Source: an uncultured delta proteobacterium
GTDB taxonomy: Bacteria; Myxococcota_A; Polyangia; Haliangiales; Haliangiaceae
Assembly (NCBI GenBank): GCA_963743525.1
Contig: CAVUQH010000004.1
Location: 352,001 to 416,000, forward strand
Direction of reading: 5' to 3'
DNA: 64,000 bases
A program made the translations under genes and the position numbers. Within the stretch, counting starts at the first letter, position 1, and every line of letters begins with the position of its first letter. Positions 1-11,723 of this stretch are shown here, in pieces. Below the pieces are notes generated by a model, which was not told where the DNA came from, did not search any database, and was given only the letters and a program-made list of their open reading frames with translations.

Positions 1-873
1 GGCCCGCTGCAGCAGGGCGGGAACATCGATCGGCAGCCAGCCGCGGATCAGCATCGGCAGCGCCATCGTCAGCTCGCGCGGGCTGACCGCGTAAGCGGCG
101 CAGTAGAAACTCTCGCGCGTGCGGCCGGCGACGAACGGCTCGACCCCGGGATTGATCTGCCCGGTGACGTTGGCGAACAGCGCGGCGAACTCGTCGTACG
201 GCAACGCCTCGCCATCCATCCACACGCGCCCGTTCATCGGCCGCAACATCCGCTCGTACGACGACGGCTGCTTGAGCCAGGTCGCCGCCAGCGCGCGCGC
301 AGCCAGACCGACCGCCGCCACCTTGCCCTTGCGGCCGTTCTCGTAGTGATCGAGCAGGCGGATGATCGGCCCCATGCCGAAGGTGAAGCCGCGGTGGAAG
401 TCGCCGTCGGTTTCGATCTCGAGCAGCGGCACGTCGCGCCAAAGCAGCTCGCCGGCGCGGTAGGCGCGGACCACGTGGCGGAAGTTGTCGGCCGGCCGCG
501 AGGTGAAGCCGAGCCAGCGGCTGGTCACGTTCATGGTGCCGCCGCCGAGCAGCGCAATGTGCAGCTCGCCCGGCGCCGTCGACGACATCCGATCGAGGAT
601 CCGCTGGATGGTGCCGTCGCCGCCGTAGATGCACAGCAGCTTGGCGTCGTGGCCCAGGTCGTCCAGCGCCATGGCCACATCCTCGACCGAGTCGGTGACG
701 ATGCGGCGGGCGTAGCGGGCCTCCTCCGAGTCGAGCACCTTGGCCAGCTCTTTCCACCGCCCACCCGCGCGCGGGTTGCAGAGCAGCACGACCTCGGCCT
801 CGGGCTTGACGCGACGCCGGCGCTTGGCCGTGAAGCGGCGACTGATGGGGGACAGGGACTCGCGCTCGCTCAT
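1..873 (-). CDS. Diacylglycerol kinase-family (DAGK_cat) protein, 3' end beyond window
   Basis: Manual translation from ATG at 873: MSERESLSP...LLCNPRAGG...CIYGGDGTIQRIL...LLGGGTMN. NPxxG, GGDGT and GGTxN are DAGK motifs. Frame is open to the window edge. Confidence 0.8.
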   Translation of the reverse strand, partial: MSERESLSPISRRFTAKRRRRVKPEAEVVLLCNPRAGGRWKELAKVLDSEEARYARRIVTDSVEDVAMALDDLGHDAKLLCIYGGDGTIQRILDRMSSTAPGELHIALLGGGTMNVTSRWLGFTSRPADNFRHVVRAYRAGELLWRDVPLLEIETDGDFHRGFTFGMGPIIRLLDHYENGRKGKVAAVGLAARALAATWLKQPSSYERMLRPMNGRVWMDGEALPYDEFAALFANVTGQINPGVEPFVAGRTRESFYCAAYAVSPRELTMALPMLIRGWLPIDVPALLQRA

Positions 874-890
874 GGCTCCGCAGCATACCG

Positions 891-926
891 AAAAAAGGCG
901 GCGCCCCGCTGGAGACGGGGCGCCGC
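891..926 (-). terminator. Intrinsic terminator
   Basis: Perfect 11-bp stem gcggcgccccg (898-908)/cggggcgccgc (916-926), 7-nt loop, followed on the minus strand by T6 (A6 at 891-896). Confidence 0.8.
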
Positions 927-1033
927 GCGGTTCTCCGCGCGCGGGTTGCGGGTGGGGTGTAAACGCGCGCGGATTCTGCTTCAGTGTCGAATCAGCTCCC
1001 CGTCTGGAGAGCCTCCTGGTGGCTCGGCCATGC

Positions 1034-1123
1034 TCAGAGCAAGACCACCGCCAGCAACACGCCGGCGAAGACGAAGGCGGACACCGCGACCAGCGCCACC
1101 GGAAGATCGGGTGATTCCCGCAT
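1034..1123 (-). CDS. Putative 29-aa single-pass membrane peptide
   Basis: MRESPDLPVALVAVSAFVFAGVLLAVVLL*, with GC-rich third positions. Lies just downstream of the sigma54 motif. Confidence 0.45.
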   Translation of the reverse strand: MRESPDLPVALVAVSAFVFAGVLLAVVLL

Positions 1124-1139
1124 TCTGGAGGCGTGCACG

Positions 1140-1155
1140 AGCAAGCCGCGTGCCC
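1140..1155 (-). promoter_or_regulatory. Sigma54 -24/-12 promoter
   Basis: Minus strand GGGCACGCGGCTTGCT = GG-N10-GC. Direct repeats GCCGTTGC at 1194-1201 and 1216-1223 upstream are a possible activator site. Confidence 0.7.
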
Positions 1156-1232
1156 ACCCGCAACTGGGCGAATCTCCTCGCACGGCACCGGCAGCCGTTG
1201 CAGCTTGCCAGGCGCGCCGTTGCCGAATGCGG

Positions 1233-2574
<1,342 letters not shown>

Positions 2575-2585
<11 letters not shown>

Positions 2586-4656
2586 GACTCCTCGTTTCAC
2601 CGGCGCCGGAGCGGGCGGCCGGCCACACCAGTGTGACTCGCGTGCCCTCCCCCTCTGCGCTGTCGAGCTCGACGGTGGCGCCATGGTCGCGGGCGATCTG
2701 CGCGACGATGGCCAGCCCCAGCCCGGTGCCCTTGCCGCGCTTCTTGGTGGTGAAGAACGGGTCGAATACCTGGCCGCGATCCTCGTCGGCAATGCCGCGG
2801 CCGTCGTCCGCGACGATGATGCGCACCGCCGGTGGCGACACCTCGGCGGGCGACGCAGAGATGGTCACGTGACCGCCGCTGTCGCAGGCGTCCATGGCGT
2901 TCATGACCAGGTTGACCAGGACCTGCTCCAGCTGCTCGGCGTCGGCGGCGACCGGCGGCGCCTGCGGCGAGACGGCGGCGACCAGGCTGATGTGCCGGCG
3001 CTCGGCCTCGAGACCGAGCAGCTCGACCACGCTGGCGGCCACGCCGCTGGTGTCGATCGGCATCCGCGCCGAGCTCGGCTTCATGCGCGAGAAGTCGAGC
3101 AGTCGGCGAATGGTCCGGGTCACCTGATCGATCTGGTCGACGATCTGGCGGGCGTCGGCGGAGCGGGCCTGGTCGGCCTGCAGCTTGCCCATCATGTACT
3201 CGGCGCGCCCGCGGGCCACGCCCAGCGGCGTGCCGATCTCGTGGGCGATTCCGGCGGCGAGGACACCGACCGTGGCCAGCTTCTCCGATCGGATCAGCTG
3301 CTGCTCGAGCGATCCGATCATGCTCAGGTCCTCGATCACCAGCAGCACGCTGGCGTCGGCGTACCGGGCCGCCAACGGCACCGCGTGCAGATTGTAGGTA
3401 CCGTCGGAGCCGAACAGGCGCAGTGACTGGCCGAACACGCTGTGCGGCTCGCCGCTGCTGCGCGCGCTGGCGACCAGCGCGATCAGCTGCTCGACCGCCT
3501 CGCCGGTGGCGTCGGGAAACAGCGCCGACAGCGGCTGGCCCACTCCGGCGTCGCCGACGCGGCGGCGCAGCGCGTCGTTGAGCGCGCCGACCCGATCGTC
3601 GTCACCGAGGGCGATGACGCCAGTGGGGATGGTGTCGAGGATCTTCTCCGACTTCTCGCGCAGGTGGGCCAGCGCGTCGGCGTTGCGCAGCCGTTCCGAC
3701 AGGCGAACGGTGCGCCGCGTGGTCAGGATGACGAACGTGGCGAGCACCGCCAGGATGCCGGCGATCAGCACCACGACCTCGATCATCCGGCGGACGATCG
3801 CCTGCTCGTGCTCGCTGATCGCGGCGGTCGACGCGACCAGCGCCACGGACCACGGCGCGCCGCCGGCGATGGGAATCGGCCGCACCACGGCCACCTGATC
3901 GAGCGAGCCCAGCCCCAACGCGCGGCCTTCGCGAGCCGGCAGGCGCACCACCGCGGCGGTGCGCGCCCGGAGCCGCCTGGTCATCTCGGCGAAGCGGTCG
4001 CCGATGACGCGGTCAGCAGAGATGGCTCTGGCCAGCTCTGGATCACTGACCGGCGCCGCCGCGCCGTACGCGCCCAGTACCACCAGCTTGTTGCCCGGCC
4101 CCGCCGAGGCGATCTTGAGCTTGGCCAGGATCGGCTCGGTGTCGACCAGCAGCAATGCGACCACCCGCTGGCCGGCCAGCTCCTCGGCGACGGCGAACAC
4201 GCGGCCGGTGCGGGCGACCGCGCGCGAGGCGACCACACGTCCGGCGGTGCTGCGGGCATCGGCCGCGGTCTCGGCCAGCGCGCGTTCGACCGCCGGGTCG
4301 GCGGTGAAGCCCGGCTCCTTGGCGACGCGCGCGATGACCCGGTCACTGGCATCGCGCAGCTCGACCAGCTCGTAACCGCGCTCGACCGCGACCAGGGCGC
4401 CGAGCTCGCGGCGGCGGGTCTCGGGCAGCTCGTCGCCGTCGCTGGCCAACCGCACGGCCAGGTGCAGGTCGTCGCCGATGTCGTCGAAGTCGCCCGCGAT
4501 CTCGGCCAGCGCCTCGTCGAGCTGGTGGGCACGATCGGCGGCGAACTGATCGAGCAACGCGCCGCGGTCCCGCTCGAGCATTCGCACGGCGAAGTAGACG
4601 ACGGCGCCCAGAGCGGCGACGACGAACAGCAAGAACGCGGTCACGCCGAGGCGCAT
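2575..4656 (-). CDS. Membrane sensor histidine kinase
   Basis: Two TM segments, PAS-like region, AGIAHEIGTPL H-box, NLVMNA, DDGRG, FDPFFTTK, GTGLGL. Overlaps the regulator start. Confidence 0.93.
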
Positions 4657-4708
4657 GAGGTCGTTCGAGCCTAGCACGCAACCCCGCGGTGACGCGTACA
4701 ATCGCCGG

Positions 4709-5341
4709 GTGAGCCGTCCGCCCTCTGTCGCGCATCCCCGACTCGCCGGCGCCGCCGAACGGGACTCTCTGCGCGGGCGCTGGTCAACCGGCGCGCCCCT
4801 GCGCGTCGACGACGTGCTGGCCCCGGGGCTGGCCGCCGAGCTCGCCGACTGGCTGCCGACGCTGCCGTTGGAGCCGCGCTACCTGGCCGAGCAGGTGGCG
4901 CTGACCTGGGCCTGCGAGATCCAGGTTCCCGACGAGATCGATCCCCAGCATCCCGGCGCGCTCTATCGCCTGGTCGAATTCCTCGACCGCGACCTGCCCG
5001 CCCTGGCCAGCGCAATTACCGGCCAGACGCTGGTGCCGCCGATCGCCCGCGTGGTGCACGTGGCGTCACTGCGCCGCGGGGCTTACGTCGATGCCGGGGC
5101 GACCCTGGCACCGCCCGGCGGCATCGACGTCGTGCTCGGCCTGACCGGCGCCCGCTGGCCGGCCGACTACGGTGGCCACACCGAATGGCTGAACGACGCC
5201 GGCGTGGTGACCCGGCGACTGGCGCCGGGCTTCGACACCCTCGATCTGCAACCTCCCGGCCGCTACCGCGTGCCACTGCTGACGCGACCGGTGCACACGC
5301 TGGCAGTGCGCACCTATCTGCAGCCGGAGGAGTCGCGCTGA
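4709..5341 (+). CDS. 2OG-Fe(II) oxygenase-like protein lacking metal ligands (paralog of next gene)
   Basis: Aligns with the downstream ORF (VVLGLTGARWPADYGGH vs YVLGLTDDTWPAERGGH) but has YVDAGAT in place of YLDPHND. Confidence 0.65.
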   Translation: MSRPPSVAHPRLAGAAERDSLRGRWSTGAPLRVDDVLAPGLAAELADWLPTLPLEPRYLAEQVALTWACEIQVPDEIDPQHPGALYRLVEFLDRDLPALASAITGQTLVPPIARVVHVASLRRGAYVDAGATLAPPGGIDVVLGLTGARWPADYGGHTEWLNDAGVVTRRLAPGFDTLDLQPPGRYRVPLLTRPVHTLAVRTYLQPEESR

Positions 5342-5964
5342 TGCTGCACCCATCCCTGGCCGGGCGCGAGTCCGAGCTCGCCGCCGAGTGGCAGGCACGC
5401 GGCTCGATGCGCATCCAGCCGCTGCTCGACGACGACGTCGCCCGCGCCCTGCTCGCCGAGCTGCGCGCCCTGCCCCACCGGATCAACGGCGCCACCACCT
5501 CGGACCTGGCGTACCTCTACTTCCGCTACGACGCCATCCCCGACCCCGACTGCGATCACCTGCTGTGCGCCGTCGGCCGATGGCTGTTCGACGACGGCCG
5601 CAGCTGGATCGAACAACTCGTCGGCCGCGACCTCGCGCCACCACCCGACCGCGGCCTGGTCGCGACGCTGTACAGCAAAGGCTGCTACCTCGATCCGCAC
5701 AACGACGCCGACGGCGTTCGCAGCATCACCTACGTGCTCGGCCTGACCGACGACACCTGGCCCGCCGAGCGCGGTGGCCATCTCGAGTTCCTGGCGCCGC
5801 CGTCACCGGCGCCAGTGAACGTCGTCGAGCGCCGGTCACCGGGATGGAACAGCCTCGACTTGTTCGACGTCGAGCGCGACAGCCACATCCATCGCATCCC
5901 GATCCTGCTCGACCACCGCGAGCGCCGGGCCATCTCCGGCTGGTTCCGCCGCCCGGCGAGCTAG
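5341..5964 (+). CDS. 2OG-Fe(II) oxygenase (prolyl hydroxylase-like)
   Basis: YLDPHND (HxD), GGHLEF, distal HRI, R.AISGWF. Stop/start overlap with the upstream gene. Confidence 0.85.
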   Translation: MLHPSLAGRESELAAEWQARGSMRIQPLLDDDVARALLAELRALPHRINGATTSDLAYLYFRYDAIPDPDCDHLLCAVGRWLFDDGRSWIEQLVGRDLAPPPDRGLVATLYSKGCYLDPHNDADGVRSITYVLGLTDDTWPAERGGHLEFLAPPSPAPVNVVERRSPGWNSLDLFDVERDSHIHRIPILLDHRERRAISGWFRRPAS

Positions 5965-7727
5965 AACGGAAAGACGTACGGCGCCAGCGCGATGGTCACG
6001 GCGGCGACCGCCAGCGACACCGGGGTGCCGGCGCGGACGAAGTCGAGAAAGCGATAACCGCCCGGCCCATAGACCATCAGGTTGGTCTGGTAGCCGATCG
6101 GCGTGATGAAGCTGGCCGACGCCGCGATCATCACCACCGCCACGAACGGAATCGGCGACACGTGCAGGCCAATCGCGGCCGACAGCGCGATCGGCACCAT
6201 CAGCACCGCGGCGGCATTGTTGGTGACCAGCTCCGTCGTGATCGCCGTGGCTGCATAGACCAGTCCCAGCGTCAGCCACGGCGAGTCGCCGCCCAGCGAC
6301 ACCAGCCCGGCGGCAATCGCGTGCGCCGCCCCGGTGTCCTCGAGCGCGGCGCCCAGCCCGATCGCCGCAACGATCGCCAACATCACCCGGCCGTCGATCT
6401 CGCGCGCCGCCTCCTGCCACGAAATCACTCGCGCGCCGAGCAGCGCGACGGTCGCCCCCAGCGCCGCGGCGAACATCGACACCAACCCCAGCGCCGCAAC
6501 GGTGGCCATCGCCGCCAGCACCGCCAGGCTGAACGGCGCATGCCACCCGGCGTGCACGGCGGGCGCGTCGTGCGCGGTCACCAGGATCAGATCCGTGCCG
6601 TAGCGGTGGCGGGCAACGAACTCCTCGTCGGCCTCGAGCAACACCGTGTCGCCGACCTCGATCTCCCACGCGCCCAGGCCGGCCGCGGCAACGCGGCGAC
6701 CGTCGCGCGCGACGGCGATGACGGCCGCGCCGTAGTGGCGACGAAAGCTGCCGTCGCCGACGCTCTGCCCGATCAGCGGGCAGCGCGGTCCGATGACCGC
6801 CTCGACCAGCGCTCCCGCCGGACCCCGGCCGTCCCCTTCCCGCCGCGCATCGGCAGCGGCCAACCCGGCCAGGCTGTGCATCGCCAGGATCGCGGCGCTG
6901 GGCGCGGCAAACACCAGCACGTCACCGGCGCCCAACCGCTCGCCCGATCGCGGCGCGGCGATGACGGCGCCGTCGCGCTGGATCTCCACCGGCGCAAAGC
7001 TGCGCAGCCCCGGCGCCGACACGTCGCGCAACCGCTTGCCTACCAGCGGGCCGCCGGGCTCGACCACCAGCTCGGCGGTGAACTCGCGCGGGTCGGCCAG
7101 CGGCAGCCCGCGCTCGTCGCGCCGGGGCAGAAGCACCGTTGCCAGGAGAATCATCACCACCATGCCGGCGAGCGCCGCCGGCACGCCGAGCCGGGCGATG
7201 GTGAACAGCCCGAAATGGCCGAGCCCGTGCTCGTGCATCAAGCCGTTAACCAACAGGTTGGTGCTGGTGCCGATCAGCGTACACATGCCGCCGAGGATGG
7301 TCGCGTACGACAGCGGGATCAGCAGCAGCGACGGCGCGATCCCGCGCGACGATCCCCAGCGCCGCAGATCCGGGAGCAGCATCGCCACCACCGGCGTGTT
7401 GTTGAGGAAGCCGCTCAGCGCGCCGACGGGAAACATCAACCGCAGCTGGGCCAGCCGCACGTTGCGCGTGCGGCCGAGGATGACCCGCAGCGCCGGCTCG
7501 AGGGCGCCGCTTCTGCGCACGCCGGCGGCGACCAGGAACAGCAGGGCCACCGTGGCCACGCCGGTGTTGGAGAAGCCCGACAGCGCGCGCGACGGCTCGA
7601 CCACGTCACCCAACAGCAGCGCTGCCAGCGCGATCGACAGCGCCCGATCGGCCGCGACCCCGGCCGCCGCCATCGCCACCAGCGCGCCGGCGGTTGCGCC
7701 CAGCGCGAGCCATGCGTCCAGCCCCAT
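5961..7727 (-). CDS. SLC13-family permease with two TrkA-C domains
   Basis: SGFLNNTPVVA, LIPLSYATILGGMCTLIGTSTNLLV, ELVTNNAAA, TPIGYQTNLMVYGPGGYRFLDF. Confidence 0.93.
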   Translation of the reverse strand: MGLDAWLALGATAGALVAMAAAGVAADRALSIALAALLLGDVVEPSRALSGFSNTGVATVALLFLVAAGVRRSGALEPALRVILGRTRNVRLAQLRLMFPVGALSGFLNNTPVVAMLLPDLRRWGSSRGIAPSLLLIPLSYATILGGMCTLIGTSTNLLVNGLMHEHGLGHFGLFTIARLGVPAALAGMVVMILLATVLLPRRDERGLPLADPREFTAELVVEPGGPLVGKRLRDVSAPGLRSFAPVEIQRDGAVIAAPRSGERLGAGDVLVFAAPSAAILAMHSLAGLAAADARREGDGRGPAGALVEAVIGPRCPLIGQSVGDGSFRRHYGAAVIAVARDGRRVAAAGLGAWEIEVGDTVLLEADEEFVARHRYGTDLILVTAHDAPAVHAGWHAPFSLAVLAAMATVAALGLVSMFAAALGATVALLGARVISWQEAAREIDGRVMLAIVAAIGLGAALEDTGAAHAIAAGLVSLGGDSPWLTLGLVYAATAITTELVTNNAAAVLMVPIALSAAIGLHVSPIPFVAVVMIAASASFITPIGYQTNLMVYGPGGYRFLDFVRAGTPVSLAVAAVTIALAPYVFPF

Positions 7728-7812
7728 ACTCACCGACCCACGACTCGACCACGCCGCCGCCGGCCGGCGCAAGCAACAGACTCGGGCGCTGTGGCCAGAT
7801 CGTCCGCGCCAA

Positions 7813-7835
7813 CGGCAGCGTTGCGATTGGCAACG
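7813..7835. promoter_or_regulatory. Putative regulator-binding site (GTTGC-N5-GCAAC), copy 1
   Basis: cggcagcgttgcgattggcaacg, 22/23 identical to 22271-22293. Confidence 0.6.
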
Positions 7836-7888
7836 TGCAAAACACAACGTTTCGGGCGAAAGCCGAAGTCATTTCAGTGGATTGGACC

Positions 7889-7904
7889 TGGCAGGCAGGT
7901 TGCT
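7889..7904 (+). promoter_or_regulatory. Sigma54 promoter of sugar ABC operon
   Basis: TGGCAGGCAGGTTGCT = GG-N10-GC. The -12 C (7903) lies 16 nt before ATG 7919. Confidence 0.6.
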
Positions 7905-7918
7905 TTACAACCGCCGCG

Positions 7919-8983
7919 ATGAGTGACGTTCGACTGCTGGGAGTCAGCAAGCGCTATCCGGGGGCGGCCGCGCCGGCGCTGCACAAGCTCGATCTGGAGG
8001 TCGACAGTGGCGAGCTCATCGTCCTCGTCGGCCCGTCCGGCTGCGGCAAGTCAACCACTCTGCGCATCATCGCCGGCCTCGAGGAGTCCAGCACCGGACA
8101 GGTATTCATCGGCGACCGCGACGTCAGCAACGTGGCGCCGGCCCAGCGCGACATCGCCATGGTGTTCCAGAGCTACGCGCTCTACCCGCACATGAGCGTG
8201 TTCGACAACATGGGCTTCGCGCTCAAGCTGAAGAAGATCCCGGCCGCAGAGATCCGCCAGCGCGTGGACAAGGTGGCCGCGTCGCTGGGCATCAGCGAGC
8301 TGCTCGAGCGCAAGCCCAAGCAGCTGTCGGGGGGGCAACGCCAGCGGGTCGCCATCGGCCGCGCGGTCGTGCGCGAGCCGCAGGTCTTCCTGTTCGACGA
8401 GCCACTGTCCAACCTCGACGCCAAGCTGCGCGGCGAGATGCGCCAGGAGATCGCGCGCATCCAGAAGCGCACCGGGGTGACCTCGGTCTACGTCACCCAC
8501 GATCAGATCGAGGCGATGACCCTGGCCGACAAGATCGTCGTGCTCGACAAGGGCTTGCTGCAGCAAGTGGGCACGCCGGCCGACATCTACGACCGCCCGG
8601 CCAACCGCTTCGTCGCCGGCTTCTTCGGCACGCCGGCGATGAACTTCCTCGACGCCACCCGCGAAGGCGCGCGCGCCCGAGGCGCCGGCTTCGAGGTCAA
8701 CCTGCCGCTGTCGTCAACCGACAGCAAGCGCGATGTGGTCATCGGCGTCAGACCCGAGGCGCTGTCGCTGGCCCAGCGTCCCGGCGCCACGTCGCTGCGC
8801 GCCCAGGTCGAGCTGCGTGAGGTACTCGGCGCCGAAGTGCTGCTGTACTTGCAGAGCGACGCCGGCCCGCTGACGGTCCGCGCCGACGCCCGCTCGGCCG
8901 CGCGCGAAGGTGAGCCGGTATCGGTCTACATCCCGCCGACCGAGCTGCACGTCTTCGACGGCGAGACGGAGCTGCGCCTGTGA
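7919..8983 (+). CDS. malK: Sugar ABC transporter ATP-binding subunit (MalK/MsmX)
   Basis: GPSGCGKS, VFQSYALYPHM, LSGGQRQRVA, DEPLSNLDAKLR, YVTHDQ. Confidence 0.93.
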   Translation: MSDVRLLGVSKRYPGAAAPALHKLDLEVDSGELIVLVGPSGCGKSTTLRIIAGLEESSTGQVFIGDRDVSNVAPAQRDIAMVFQSYALYPHMSVFDNMGFALKLKKIPAAEIRQRVDKVAASLGISELLERKPKQLSGGQRQRVAIGRAVVREPQVFLFDEPLSNLDAKLRGEMRQEIARIQKRTGVTSVYVTHDQIEAMTLADKIVVLDKGLLQQVGTPADIYDRPANRFVAGFFGTPAMNFLDATREGARARGAGFEVNLPLSSTDSKRDVVIGVRPEALSLAQRPGATSLRAQVELREVLGAEVLLYLQSDAGPLTVRADARSAAREGEPVSVYIPPTELHVFDGETELRL

Positions 8984-10173
8984 TCCGACGCGCCATCCCG
9001 CTGCTCCTGGCGATCTGGCTGGCCGCCTGCGGCCGCGCCACCGGTGGGACGCGGAACGTGGTGCTGTGGCACAGCTACCAGGGCGACGAGCGCGCCGCGC
9101 TGGAAGCGGTGATCGACGACTTCAACGCCCACTCGCAAGACACGCACATCGAGGCGGTGCCGATCGCCTACGACGCCTTCGCCGACAAGATCACCAACGC
9201 CATCCCCAACGGCAACGGCCCCGACATCTTCATCTTCGCCCACGACCGTATCGGCGACTGGGTCGCGGCCGGGCTGATCGAGCCGATCGAGTACTACGTC
9301 GACGAGACGCTGGCCGACCGGTACGCCTACGACGCGCTGGCCGCGATGGCCCAGGGCGGATCGCTGTACGGCCTGCCGCTGGCGGTCAAGTCGGTGGCGC
9401 TGTTCTACCGCACCGATCTCATGCCCGAGCCGCCGCGCACCACCGACGAGATGGCGGCGTGGAGCAAGGCCCACCCCGGCGTCTACGCCGTCGCCTACCC
9501 CGACATCGATCTGTACGGCCACGCCCCGTGGCTGCACGGCTTCGGCGGCCACGTGCTGACCGACGACGGCAAGCTCGACGTCGCCACGCCGGAAGCCGCC
9601 CGTGCGCTCGAGTTCGTGCAGCAGATGGTCCGCGACCACATCACGCCCAAGGACACCGACGCCGCCATGGTCCCGACCCTGTTCAACGAGGGCAAGGCGG
9701 CGATGGCGATCAGCGGGCCGTGGTTCATCGCCGACATCGACCCCAACGTGCCGTGGGCGGTGACCACCCTGCCGGTGGTCAGCGAGACCGGCCGCCCGGC
9801 GGCACCGTTCCTCGGCGCCGAGGGGGTGCTGATGAGCGCCCGCGCCCGCGACAAGGATCGCGCCTTCCAGGTGATGGCAGCGCTGGCCAGCGATGCGTCG
9901 GCCATCTCCCGGGCCAAGGCGGCGCGTCAGGTGGTGCCCAACATCGCCGCCTACGACGACCCCGAGGTCGGCGGCGATTCCGTGCTCACCGCCTTCCGCG
10001 CCCAGCTCGAGCACACCGTGCCGATGCCGGCGACCCCGGCCATGCGCATGGTCTGGACCCCGTACAAGACCGCGCTGCAGGCGGTGATCGCCCAGGGAGC
10101 CGACCCCAGCGCCGCGCTGCGTGACGCCGAGCAAGAGATCCGCGGCTACCTCGAGGGAGCGCGCGGCAAGTGA
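8980..10173 (+). CDS. malE: Maltose/maltodextrin-binding lipoprotein
   Basis: Lipobox LAAC. GNGPDIFIFAHDRIGDW closely resembles the MalE GPDIIFWAHDRFG motif. FNEGKAAMAISGPW. Confidence 0.85.
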   Translation: MIRRAIPLLLAIWLAACGRATGGTRNVVLWHSYQGDERAALEAVIDDFNAHSQDTHIEAVPIAYDAFADKITNAIPNGNGPDIFIFAHDRIGDWVAAGLIEPIEYYVDETLADRYAYDALAAMAQGGSLYGLPLAVKSVALFYRTDLMPEPPRTTDEMAAWSKAHPGVYAVAYPDIDLYGHAPWLHGFGGHVLTDDGKLDVATPEAARALEFVQQMVRDHITPKDTDAAMVPTLFNEGKAAMAISGPWFIADIDPNVPWAVTTLPVVSETGRPAAPFLGAEGVLMSARARDKDRAFQVMAALASDASAISRAKAARQVVPNIAAYDDPEVGGDSVLTAFRAQLEHTVPMPATPAMRMVWTPYKTALQAVIAQGADPSAALRDAEQEIRGYLEGARGK

Positions 10174-11723
10174 ACGGCTGGTGGAAAGGTTATGCGGTCG
10201 CCGCCCTCGTCTCGGTGTTGATCGCGACGGCGGCGTTCGTCGCCTATCGCAACCGCAGCTACCAGGTGCGCGAGATCGATGGCGCCCGCGCCAGCGCCGT
10301 CGCCGCGGCCGAGAACCGCGAGCCGATGCCGGACGTCGTGGTCGCCGACCGCGTGCGTCCGGCCGAATCGTCCAAGCGCTATCCGTTCCTCCGCCACCGC
10401 ACCACCGCCTCGGGCCGCACGCTCGGCGGCAGCGGCGCGCCGGCCACCGACAAGCTGCTGTACGACGCCGCGCGCCGGGCCGAGACCGGCGGCGGCTACG
10501 CCGGCCTGCTGGCGGACAACAGCGGCCGCTTCGTCGCCGCCATCCCGATGCCCAACGGCGACATCGCCGTCGCCGTGACCGCGCCCAGCGAGGGCCCCGA
10601 AGGATTCCCGTGGCTGGTGGTGCTCGGCCTGCTGGCGATCGGCGCGCTGGTCACCGCGGCGAGCGCGCTGGTCGGCGGCGCGGCCAGGCCGATCGGCCTG
10701 GCGCTGGGCGCCAGCGGGCTGTCGGTGCCGGCCTATCTGTGGGCCGGCGTCGCCCCGGCCATGGCCATCGCCGCGATCGCCACGCTGACCGCCGTCGCCG
10801 ACCACCGCGGATGGTTGAAACGGATCGGCGACGAGTTCCGCGAGCAGCGGGTCGCCTACACCTTCCTCGGGCCGGCGGCCATCGCCATGATCATCCTGGT
10901 GGCGACGCCGTTCGTCATCGGCCTGGTGCTGGGCTTCTACAACCACCACCACGGCTCGTGGACCTACGTCGGCCTGCACAACTTCGTCGAGATCCTGTCC
11001 GGCGGCGGCCGCGCCTTCGACGATCCCCTCAACTTCTGGTTCACCCTGGGCGTGACCGTCCTGTGGACCATGGTCAACGTCGCCCTGCACGTGTCGATCG
11101 GCGTGGCGCTGGCGCTGGTGCTGCGCCAGCGGTGGCTGACCGGTCGCGGCATCTTCCGCGTGCTGCTGATCCTGCCCTGGGCGATCCCCAACTACATCAC
11201 CGCGCTGATCTGGCACGGCATGTTCCAGGGCGAATACGGCGCCATCAACGGCGTGCTGCACACCTTCGGCCTGAGCAACGTGTCGTGGTTCTCGTCGTGG
11301 GCGACCGCGTTCACCGCCAACGTGGTGACCAACACCTGGCTGGGCTTCCCGTTCATGATGGTGGTCGCCCTGGGCGCGTTGGAGTCGATCCCACGCGACA
11401 TGTACGAGGCCGCCGAGGTCGACGGCGCGTCGGCGTGGCAGCGCTTCCGTCTGATCACCCTGCCCCATCTGCGGCCGGCACTGGGTCCGGCGGTGGTGCT
11501 GGGGGCGATCTGGACCTTCAACATGTTCAACGTCATCTACCTGGTGTCCGATGGACGGCCCGGTGGTGGCACCGACATCCTGGTCACCGAGGCATACCGC
11601 TGGGCGTTCGAGCGCGGTGAGCGCTACGGCCTGGCGTCGGCCTACGCGGTGTTGATCTTCCTCATCCTCCTGGTGTGGACCGTCTTCGGCACCCGCATCG
11701 GGCGCAAGGAGGAGGCGTCATGA
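10170..11723 (+). CDS. malF: Maltodextrin ABC permease (MalF-like, extended N-terminus)
   Basis: LLILPWAIP, NTWLGFPFMM, YEAAEVDGAS EAA motif, FNMFNVIYL. Confidence 0.85.
   Translation: MNGWWKGYAVAALVSVLIATAAFVAYRNRSYQVREIDGARASAVAAAENREPMPDVVVADRVRPAESSKRYPFLRHRTTASGRTLGGSGAPATDKLLYDAARRAETGGGYAGLLADNSGRFVAAIPMPNGDIAVAVTAPSEGPEGFPWLVVLGLLAIGALVTAASALVGGAARPIGLALGASGLSVPAYLWAGVAPAMAIAAIATLTAVADHRGWLKRIGDEFREQRVAYTFLGPAAIAMIILVATPFVIGLVLGFYNHHHGSWTYVGLHNFVEILSGGGRAFDDPLNFWFTLGVTVLWTMVNVALHVSIGVALALVLRQRWLTGRGIFRVLLILPWAIPNYITALIWHGMFQGEYGAINGVLHTFGLSNVSWFSSWATAFTANVVTNTWLGFPFMMVVALGALESIPRDMYEAAEVDGASAWQRFRLITLPHLRPALGPAVVLGAIWTFNMFNVIYLVSDGRPGGGTDILVTEAYRWAFERGERYGLASAYAVLIFLILLVWTVFGTRIGRKEEAS

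Larger units (their letters stand above)
891..1130 (-). ncRNA. Candidate sigma54-dependent small RNA or small-peptide mRNA (~240 nt)
   Basis: Bounded by a sigma54 motif (1140-1155) and an intrinsic terminator (891-926). Internal 9-bp hairpin 935-972 has a C-rich loop. Confidence 0.45.
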
